NCBI GenBank assembly: GCA_040752415.1
Contig: JBFMGU010000260.1
Coordinates: 1-14,947, forward strand
Reading direction: 5' to 3'
DNA: 14,947 nt
Source of the DNA: Myxococcota bacterium
GTDB taxonomy: Bacteria > Myxococcota > JACRCW01
This document shows positions 9,901-14,947 of the stretch, piece by piece. Under the pieces are notes generated by a model. It was not told where the DNA came from. It was given only the letters and a program-made list of their open reading frames with translations, and ran no database searches. Within the stretch, counting starts at the first letter, position 1, and each line of letters opens with the position of its first letter. A program made the translations under genes and the position numbers.

Positions 9901-12011
9901 CCAGCGCCACCACCGCGGACGGAGCCATCACCCTCAATGCGGTGGCCGGGAACCTGACCCTGGGCACGGTTACGGCCGGCGGGACCGCCGACGTCGCCCT
10001 GTCCACCACCACCAGCGGCAACGTGAGCGTGGACAACGTCGCGGCGGCCGGGGACAGCATCACGGTCAACGCAGCCGGCTCCCTGCTGGAGAACGGGGCC
10101 GACGCGGCCGCCGACCTCACCGCCGGCACGCTCGACCTGACGGCCGCAGCGGGGATCGGAGCGGCCGGCGCGGTCCTGGAGGTGGACGCCACCACGCTCA
10201 GCAACGCCAACGTAACGGGGGTCGGCGTCCTGAACCTGTCCGACACGGCGGGCGGCCTGACGGTCACCAGCGCCACCACGACGGACGGAGCCATCACCCT
10301 CGACGCCGTGGCCGGGGACCTTACCCTGGCGACCGTGACGGCGGGCGGAACAGCCGACGTCACCCTGTCCACCACCACCAGCGGGAACCTGAACGTGGAC
10401 AACGTCACGGCGGCCGGGGACACCATCACGGTGAATTCCGCCGGCGCCATCGAGGAGAGCGGCGCCGACGCCGCCGCCGACCTGACCGCCGCCAACGTGA
10501 GCCTGACGGCGGCTGCTGGCATCGGCAACCTGGGCTCCCTGGAGGTGGACGCGGATGACGGCGGCCTCGCGCTGTCGGTGACCGGGGCCGGCAACGTGGA
10601 TGTGACGGAGACCGCGGGGCCCCTCACGCTGGGGAACTTTGCCAGCGTGGACGGGTCGATCTCGCTGACAGCCACCGGTGGCGACCTGACCGTGGCCGAC
10701 CTTACGGCCAACGGGGCCGGCCGGACGGTCACCCTGACCACCCTCGGCGCCGGGGACGTCAACGTGGGGAACGTGACCGCTTCCGGGATCACGGTCACCT
10801 CGGTGGGTGCGATCGAGGAGAACGGAAGCGACGCCGCCGCCGATCTCACCGCGGGCACGCTGAACCTCTCGGCCGTGTCGGGCATCGGTGCGGCCGACAC
10901 GCTGGAGGTAGACGCCACCACCCTGACCGGCGCGGAGGTGACCGGGCCGGGCCCCATCGACCTGAGCGACACGGCCGGGGGACTCGCGGTGACCAGCGCC
11001 ACCACCGCCGACGGGAACGTAACGCTCAACGCCGTGTCGGGCGACCTTACCCTGACCGCCGTGACGGCGGGCGGCACAGGGGACCTCGTCGCCTCGACCA
11101 CCGGAGGTGGAAACCTGTTCGTGGGCTCTCTGACCGCCGCCGGCGACTCCATCCTCTTGAACAGCGCCAGCGCGGTCCTGGACCAGAACGGGAACGGGGT
11201 CAACCTGACGGCCGACTCGGCCTCGCTGCAGGCGACCGGGACGCTCGGAACCGCGGTCGACGCCCTGGACACCGACGTCACCACGATGTCCGCCGCCGGC
11301 ACCAACCTGTTCGTCAGCGAGGCGAACGGGCTCACCCCGGCCCTGGTAGGAGGACTGACGGGGCTGGTCGCCGCCGGGGACGCCTCGGTAACCGTCCTGG
11401 CGGGCGACCTGGACCTGGGCCACGCCAGCCTGGGTGCCGCGCCCGCGCTCCAGGCGGGGGGTGGCCTCACCGTGAACGCGGTCCTGGGGAACGTGCTGGG
11501 CGACACGGACGAAACCGCACCTGACCTCGTCGCCGGGAGCGCGTGGCTGACGGCCGGGGGCGTGCTGGGCACCTCCGCGGTGCCCCTGGACCTGGCCGTG
11601 GTGGGGAGCCTGTCGGTAGCCGCGTCCGGGGTGCAGGGGGGGATCTCCGCCAACCTGCAGGGGACCGCAGGTTCCGTGGCGGTCCAGAATGCCCCCCCGG
11701 GTCAAGTCCTGTTCAACGGAGCGGTGATCTACCCGCCCGCTCCGCCGGTGCCCCCGGCGCCGCCGGTCCCTCCCGCTCCGCCCACCCCACCGGCACCGCC
11801 GGCTCCCGCGCCGGTCACCCCCAGCGCCACCCCCACCGAGAGCGCCGAGACCGCCCCGGCCGCGACCCCCGTGGACAGCGCCCTGGTGGAGGAGCTGGGT
11901 CTGGGCAACACCACCAACTACTTCCCCGCCGCGCCGACCGTGACGGCCGGCTCCGACTCCCTGCTCAAGGACGCTCGCTTCCTGATGCAGAAGCGCCACC
12001 GGAAAGACTGA
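3993..12011 (+). CDS. TpsA filamentous haemagglutinin-family exoprotein/adhesin (2672 aa)
   Basis: Sec signal ending SLSSA|NP (mature start about nt 4071). TPS secretion domain: ILNWNGFSIG, LNRVTG, GSLQANGRIFLVNPNGILFG (NPNG at 4317-4328). Long T/A/G/N-rich repeat stalk, Pro-rich linker, short basic tail. Adjacent to tpsB. The start could be one of the in-frame GTG/TTG codons at 3993-4005. Confidence 0.93.
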   Translation: MEVVLRASILRAVALLALLCPSLSSANPTDPTVVSGSAVVNQTNPAVTTVTQYTDRVILNWNGFSIGVGELTRFIQPSDLAIALNRVTGVDPSVILGSLQANGRIFLVNPNGILFGPGSQVDVAGLLATTLNLSDEDFLNGNYRFYQDPSKALSYVVNQGTLTAADGGSVILLAPLVNNEGVIVANLGQVTLAGGTRAVVNFDGAGLVNLALGDSDAVRGSVLADPQAVSSLTQLVVNHPSVVEAGAVVHLPDGRILLQGAEGLVIQGGVIRADGGVRPDLGAGPGGLVEQSLANTSVRPGDLSSIPLATVNHGSDSAGNVLLHSTAGTVLADGSLTSASAPSAHGGEVMALSQGLTVLAPGSRIEAAGGEGGFIEVSGLQSVVVQGSVDTAGPLGTFLIDPTALTVINGAGPGTQDAQLPDILFGDPNVGANTVSEVALETQASATNLILRATGTVTFNNLADGTLDLTNGGTRTDKSLTVETQTGNITFLDPTDTVLTGGTGTLTFRSAINAGNSGGTLVLGNLTTQNGAVTLQSDGNLTMRQVNYGTSTLSATSGFAGILDGNGATANLVTAGAGNSATLTAAAGIGSANALETSSTGTTVVNSATVSGTGAIGLSGVAGNLTVNTGTTNNGAITLGATGADLTVGTLTAGGAGRNVTLTTATSGNVSVGTVTAAGDTITVNAAGSLLENGADAGADLNANILNLTAGSGIGAAGAALEVNGTTLSTANVTGAGVINLSDTGGGLTVTSATTANGAITLNAVSGNLTLATVTAGGAADVNLSTTTSGNVNAGNVTAAGDTITVNAAGSLLENGSDPGPDLTAASLNLTAGSGIGTGANALEVNATTLSNASVTGTGLINLRDTAGGLTVTSATTADGAITLNAVAGTLTLSTVTAGGAGRNISLSTTTSGNVSAGNVTAAGDTLTVNAVGSLLENGGDAGADLTATTLSLTAGGGIGTGGNALEVNGTTLSTANVTGAGLINLSDTAGGLAVTSATTNNGAITLNAVSGNLTLATVTAGGAANVNLSTTTSGNVSAGNVTAAGDTITVNAAGSLLENGADAGADLTAATLSLTAGSGIGTGANALEVNGTTLSTANVTAAGLINLRDTAGGLTVTSATTANGAITLNAVSGNLTLATVTAGGVANVNLSTTTSGNVSAGNVTAAGDSITVTAAGSLLENGADPGADLTATTLSLTAGSGIGTAAAALEVNGTTLSANVTGAGVLNLSDTAGGLTVSGASTANGAITLNAVGGDLTLATVTAGGTANVNLSTTTSGNVLAGNVTAAGDTITVNAAGSLLENGADAGADLTATTLSLTAGSGIGAPGAALEVNGTTLSTANVTGAGVINLSDTAGGLSVTSATTANGAITLNAVSGNLTLATVTAGGVADVNLSTTTSGNVSAGNVTAAGDTITVNAAGSLLENGADVGADLTAATLDLTAGSGIGTAANAMEVNATTLSNASVTGTGLINLSDTAGGLAVTSATTSNGAITLNAVAGNLTLGTVTAGGAGRNISLSTTTSGNVNVGDVQALGDTITVVAAGALEENGSDPAADLSAATLSLTAVSGIGNLGTVEVDATTLSTANVTGAGAINLSDTSGGLSVTTATTLNGNITLNAVGSDLTVAVVTAGGAGDVSLSTTTSGNVNVGNVTALADTITVNAAGSLLENGADATADLTAATLDLTAGTGIGAAGATLEVNATTLSNANVTGTGVINLSDLAGGLSVTSATTSDGAITLNAVAGNLTLGTVTAGGTANITLSTTTSGNVNAGDVTAAGDTITVTSAGSIQENGADAAADLTAATLSLTAATGIGTLGTLEVDGTTLSTANVTGAGAIDLSDTAGGLSVTSATTTNGAITLNAVAGDLTLATVTAGGVANVSLSTTTSGNVNAGDVTAAGDTITVNAAGSLLESGADAAADLTAATLDLTAGTGIGATGAPLEVNATTLSNASVTGTGVINLADTAGGLSVTSATTADGAITLNAVAGNLTLGTVTAGGTADVALSTTTSGNVSVDNVAAAGDSITVNAAGSLLENGADAAADLTAGTLDLTAAAGIGAAGAVLEVDATTLSNANVTGVGVLNLSDTAGGLTVTSATTTDGAITLDAVAGDLTLATVTAGGTADVTLSTTTSGNLNVDNVTAAGDTITVNSAGAIEESGADAAADLTAANVSLTAAAGIGNLGSLEVDADDGGLALSVTGAGNVDVTETAGPLTLGNFASVDGSISLTATGGDLTVADLTANGAGRTVTLTTLGAGDVNVGNVTASGITVTSVGAIEENGSDAAADLTAGTLNLSAVSGIGAADTLEVDATTLTGAEVTGPGPIDLSDTAGGLAVTSATTADGNVTLNAVSGDLTLTAVTAGGTGDLVASTTGGGNLFVGSLTAAGDSILLNSASAVLDQNGNGVNLTADSASLQATGTLGTAVDALDTDVTTMSAAGTNLFVSEANGLTPALVGGLTGLVAAGDASVTVLAGDLDLGHASLGAAPALQAGGGLTVNAVLGNVLGDTDETAPDLVAGSAWLTAGGVLGTSAVPLDLAVVGSLSVAASGVQGGISANLQGTAGSVAVQNAPPGQVLFNGAVIYPPAPPVPPAPPVPPAPPTPPAPPAPAPVTPSATPTESAETAPAATPVDSALVEELGLGNTTNYFPAAPTVTAGSDSLLKDARFLMQKRHRKD
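5640..11600 (+). repeat. Intragenic tandem repeat array in tpsA: about 15 conserved units of 363-369 nt (121-123 aa) plus degenerate flanking units
   Basis: The anchor codon of the LLENG-type motif recurs at 6066, 6432, 6801, 7167, 7533, 7896, 8262, 8631, 8994, 9360, 9723, 10089, 10455, 10818 and 11184. Degenerate copies lie near 5685 and 11500. Confidence 0.92.
11733..11870 (+). repeat. Proline-rich linker (PPAPPV/T/A x4, 18-nt unit, then P/T/A-rich) near the TpsA C-terminus
   Basis: Translation PPAPPVPPAPPVPPAPPTPPAPPAPAPVTPSATPTESAETAPAATP; synonymous codons differ between units. Confidence 0.9.
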
Positions 12012-12679
12012 TGCGGACCTGGCTGGCGGCCCTCTTGCTGCTGCTCACCCTGCCGGCGCGGGCCCAGACCCCGGAGGAGGCGGACGCCGCCAGCGCGGCC
12101 CTGTCAGCTCAGTTGTCCGCGGGGCTGAGGGTGACCTGGACGGGGCAGGGGCTCTCCTGCGGGCCGATCCTCCTCACGGGTCTCTCCAACGGCAGCGGCG
12201 CCCCGCTGACGGTGCGCCTGGTGCCGGGAATGGTCCTGACGCCCTCCGACGACGGGCAGCGCATGATGCTGGCGTCGCGGCACGAAGTCGCGCTCCAGGC
12301 CGGCCAGGAGGCCAGCGTGATGCCGGAAGGCTACTGCCTGGACCCCTCCAAAGACCCGCCGCCCAGGGGACAGGCGGTGAACTATTCGCTGGGGTCCGGG
12401 TTCGCGGCCGACCTGACCCTCATCCGCGTGGGCGAGCGACTGGCCGCGGAGGGGCGGTTCGGCCCCGAGTTCCCCCCCGACCAGCGCAAGGTGGTGGTCA
12501 TCCAGCGCGCCATCTGGGCCTCCCGAGGCTACACCCGCCAGGACCTGGCCGTGGAAATCGCCGACGAATTCGCCGCCCGGACCGACCCCAACCGGGCCGG
12601 CTCGGTATCGCCCGAGGCCCTGGCGGACTCGATCTGGCGCGACGTCGAGCTGGTGCTGCGAGAAGCCGGACAACGCTGA
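12011..12679 (+). CDS. Exported 222-aa protein with thioester-domain (TED)-like motifs
   Basis: True start is most likely ATG 12011 (TGATG overlap with the tpsA stop), not 11543 as in the ORF track. Signal peptide MRTWLAALLLLLTLPARA|Q. Motifs GYCLDPSKDPP (C109) and VIQRAIW (Q165). The CDS is well supported; the TED call is tentative. Confidence 0.75.
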   Translation: MRTWLAALLLLLTLPARAQTPEEADAASAALSAQLSAGLRVTWTGQGLSCGPILLTGLSNGSGAPLTVRLVPGMVLTPSDDGQRMMLASRHEVALQAGQEASVMPEGYCLDPSKDPPPRGQAVNYSLGSGFAADLTLIRVGERLAAEGRFGPEFPPDQRKVVVIQRAIWASRGYTRQDLAVEIADEFAARTDPNRAGSVSPEALADSIWRDVELVLREAGQR

Positions 12680-12700
12680 TCGACCCGTCGTCGCGGTGCG

Positions 12701-12741
12701 TTTCAATGATTGTTCAAGGTTCGCCCGGGTAACGTTGCCCC
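12701..12741 (+). promoter_or_regulatory. Putative leaderless promoter of the toxin gene
   Basis: No SD before ATG 12742. TAACGT (TAnnnT) at 12730-12735 lies 6 nt upstream of the ATG. TTCAA direct repeat at 12702 and 12713; imperfect palindrome GGGTAACGTTGCCC at 12727-12740. Confidence 0.4.
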
Positions 12742-14448
12742 ATGAGAATCGTGGGAGTTCGGGACCCGGCCGATCGCCCCCCAGCCTCCAACGCAGGGGC
12801 GGCCCCGCAGGACTCGTTCCAGCACTCTTTAACCGGACTCAACCAGAACGCCAATCTGTTCGACGACCCGAACAGCCTGGGAACCGACACCGACGGGACG
12901 GTCTCCTACGAGGACGTTCTGACCGTGGCGTCCTGGGCAGATGACCCGGCCGCGCGCGAGAGGCTGGCGGCTCAGGGCTACACTCCCGGGCAAATCGACC
13001 AGATCCTGCAGACGGCCGCCTTCTTTCGAGACAACCCTGTGTACTTCTGGGCCATCGCCAACCAGACCGGCGAGGAGGGCAAGATCGATGGGACCGACCT
13101 GGATACCGCGGACGTGTTTCTGGCCACCACGGGCCAGGATCCGGCCAGCCTCGACACCACCCAGGAGGCCCTCAGCACGCTGCTGTTCTATTGGGACCTG
13201 TTGGACACGGCCGCCAGGGGCGGGGGAGGTGACGGCCAGGTTTCCCGGGCCGACCTGGAAGCCGCGCTCCAGCAGGCTCTGCCGGCCGACCTGCGGGCCG
13301 CCATCGAGTACATGCTGGCCACGCCGGCGGGGGACGCCACGCGCTTCGAAAACCTCTCACAGCACCTCAACTATGGCGGTGAGACCTTCCAGCGGGGCCT
13401 GTTCGAGACCCTGGTAGCCCTGGACAACCCGGTGGCCCTGAACGTGGTGACCGACCACCAGAGCCTGGAGTTGACCGTCGAGATCGAGGAAGACGGCGAC
13501 TTCCTCTGGGCGGACTCGGGAACCCCCCTCACCGTGGCCGAGGTCGAGGCGATGTACGCGGCCAGGGACGGGGGGCGGTCACCACTCTCGGAAGTCTTTC
13601 GCGATACCCTCTTCGATCTGGAGACCTTTTTCGGCGAGTATGCCGGAGCCGAGGAAGGCGTGCCCGGGTGGCTGCACGCCGTCCTCGACTTCGTGGGCAT
13701 GGCCCCCGTGGTCGGGGGCCCGGCGGACGGGATCAATGCGGGCCTGTACGCTCTCGAGGGAGACTACCTCAATGCGGGAATCTCCCTGTTCGGGCTGGTT
13801 CCCGTCGCGGGAGAGGTAGCCGTGGGAGGCCGCATCGTCCGGGGCGTCGGCGACGACGTGGTCGAGGAGGTCGCCGAGGGGGCCGTCAGCCGCGAAACGC
13901 GCCAGGAAGTGGGAGAAGGGGCCGCGCGAGGCGCTGGCCACGCAGCCGCGGACGGGGTCGACCCCCTGTTCGAGGCGGCCCGACGGGCTGGTTACCGGGG
14001 GGGAGCCGACACGTTTGCCCAACTGCTTCAGGCGGCCCGGAAGCTTTATCCCGAGTATGCCGACAACCCACGCTTCTGGGAACTGGCCGCGGATCCGGCC
14101 CACGCTGGCAACATCTTTGACAAGACCATGCGGGAGGCCTACGTGGGATTGAAGCTGGAGGAGGCCGGCGTCCTGAAGGCCCCGATCACCCGCTGGCCCA
14201 ACGCCGACGCCGAGTTTGCCGACGCGGCAGGCCGGCCCTGGGACATCAAGACGTTCAACTCCAAGTATGGCTATAACCGGGCCGACGCGGCCGGCAAGAT
14301 CCAAAGGGAACTGGCCCGGGGGGAAAACGTGATTCTGGACACCAAGGATCTGTCTCCCGGGGATCTCGCCGACCTCAGGCAGGCGGTCGCGGAGATGATC
14401 GCCCAGGACCCTTCGCTGAAGGATCGGATCCTCTGGTTCCCCGGGTAG
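12742..14448 (+). CDS. Polymorphic toxin: EF-hand-like/HrpF-NolX-like N-terminal repeats, PT-TG-like pre-toxin motif, C-terminal restriction-endonuclease-fold (PD-(D/E)xK-like) nuclease (568 aa)
   Basis: No Sec signal. Acidic loops DTDGTVSYEDV, GEEGKIDGTDLD and DGQVSRADLE. WLHAVLDFVGMAPVVGGPADGINAGLYALEGDYLNAGISLFGLVPVAG (from nt 13669) matches the pre-toxin TG-type helical motif. The tip has LAADPAH..REAYVGLKLE..AEFADAAGRPWDIKTF..ENVILD (E465, E491, D501, K503). Confidence 0.8.
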   Translation: MRIVGVRDPADRPPASNAGAAPQDSFQHSLTGLNQNANLFDDPNSLGTDTDGTVSYEDVLTVASWADDPAARERLAAQGYTPGQIDQILQTAAFFRDNPVYFWAIANQTGEEGKIDGTDLDTADVFLATTGQDPASLDTTQEALSTLLFYWDLLDTAARGGGGDGQVSRADLEAALQQALPADLRAAIEYMLATPAGDATRFENLSQHLNYGGETFQRGLFETLVALDNPVALNVVTDHQSLELTVEIEEDGDFLWADSGTPLTVAEVEAMYAARDGGRSPLSEVFRDTLFDLETFFGEYAGAEEGVPGWLHAVLDFVGMAPVVGGPADGINAGLYALEGDYLNAGISLFGLVPVAGEVAVGGRIVRGVGDDVVEEVAEGAVSRETRQEVGEGAARGAGHAAADGVDPLFEAARRAGYRGGADTFAQLLQAARKLYPEYADNPRFWELAADPAHAGNIFDKTMREAYVGLKLEEAGVLKAPITRWPNADAEFADAAGRPWDIKTFNSKYGYNRADAAGKIQRELARGENVILDTKDLSPGDLADLRQAVAEMIAQDPSLKDRILWFPG

Positions 14449-14459
14449 GAGGAGGGAGC

Positions 14460-14947
14460 ATGATCGCCGAGCACGGGCTGTGGTTGGATTCCGCGGGCCT
14501 GGAGGGCCGCAGACTGGAGGAGTCCCACCTGGACTGGCGCGGTCGGGCCCTCTCCCGGGCGCGGTTGTGCCAGGCGGTGCTGCCAGGAGCATCCCTGGAC
14601 GGTGCCCGGCTGGACGGCGCCGACCTTTATGCCGCCTTTCTCCACTCGGCTTCACTGGTGGGCAGCGACCTGCGCGGCGCGGTCCTGGTCCGGTCCGAGT
14701 TGGACGGGGCGGACCTGACCGAGGCCGACCTGTCGGGGGCATCTCTGTCGGGCGCCTGCGTCAGCGGAGCCTGCCTCCGAAGGGCCAACCTGACGGCGGC
14801 AGACCTGAGCGGGGCGGACCTGTCCCGGTCCGACCTCGAGGCGGCCTGCCTGCGACAGGCCCGCCTGGACCGAGCTCTGTTCCAGGATACCCGGCTGGAC
14901 CAGGCCGACCTGACCGGGTGCACCGGGCTCGCGACGGCGCAGGTCTG
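14460..14947 (+). CDS. Pentapeptide-repeat protein, candidate immunity protein (3' truncated by window edge; not in ORF track)
   Basis: Strong SD GGAGGAGGGAG directly after the toxin stop, ATG at 14460, frame open to the window end. Translation MIAEHGLWLDSAGLEGRRL...ASLDG ARLDG ADLYA AFLHS ASLVG SDLRG ... ADLTE ADLSG ASLSG ... ANLTA ADLSG ADLSR gives classic A(D/N)Lxx repeats. Confidence 0.9.
   Translation, partial: MIAEHGLWLDSAGLEGRRLEESHLDWRGRALSRARLCQAVLPGASLDGARLDGADLYAAFLHSASLVGSDLRGAVLVRSELDGADLTEADLSGASLSGACVSGACLRRANLTAADLSGADLSRSDLEAACLRQARLDRALFQDTRLDQADLTGCTGLATAQV

Noticed and set aside
5640..11600. Repeats as a CRISPR array, DGR template/variable pair, or ice-binding TxT surface
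   Set aside because: The repeats are in-frame coding units without unique spacers, differences are not adenine-specific, no RT or cas gene is present, and TxT alternation is explained by ordinary beta-strands.
5633..11999. Two ~2000-aa antisense ORFs (5633-11653, 5943-11999) opposite tpsA
   Set aside because: Expected shadow ORFs: high GC, G/C-ending codons and a repeated low-complexity unit remove antisense stops. Their translations only mirror the tpsA repeats and show no domain motifs.
11543..12010. N-terminal extension of the 378-aa ORF in the track
   Set aside because: It overlaps tpsA out of frame and is R/G/P-rich nonsense; the signal peptide and TGATG coupling point to the start at 12011.
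3993..12011. Calling the TpsA a CdiA or haemolysin, or an HMW1C-glycosylated adhesin (many N-x-S/T sequons)
   Set aside because: No pre-toxin or toxin domain at its C-terminus and no glycosyltransferase in the window; the sequons follow from the N/T/S-rich composition.
14040..14448. Lower GC in the toxin tip suggesting recent exchange
   Set aside because: A hand count gives about 63% GC for 14221-14400, only slightly below other sampled coding stretches; too weak without a proper GC3 analysis.

Overview
High-GC window from a diderm bacterium (it encodes an Omp85/TpsB outer-membrane transporter). The gene style is reminiscent of Ca. Eremiobacterota/Armatimonadota-like lineages, but taxonomy cannot be confirmed here. 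In order: (1) the C-terminal end of a Hanks-type Ser/Thr kinase, overlapping (ATGA) a PilX-like minor-pilin-type gene; (2) a two-partner secretion pair in divergent orientation: tpsB (minus strand) and a 2672-aa filamentous-haemagglutinin-family tpsA with about 15 tandem 121-123-aa repeats, a Pro-rich linker and no toxin tip; (3) a signal-peptide-bearing 222-aa protein overlapping the tpsA stop (TGATG) that carries thioester-domain-like YCL and QxAIW motifs; (4) a stand-alone polymorphic toxin with EF-hand/HrpF-NolX-like N-terminal repeats, a PT-TG-like pre-toxin motif and a PD-(D/E)xK-like nuclease tip; (5) a pentapeptide-repeat gene in the immunity position, absent from the ORF track because it runs off the window. 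The most notable candidates are a nuclease toxin possibly neutralised by a DNA-mimic pentapeptide-repeat protein, and a TPS filament coupled to a possible covalent thioester adhesin. All family calls come from motif recognition by eye, not database searches.
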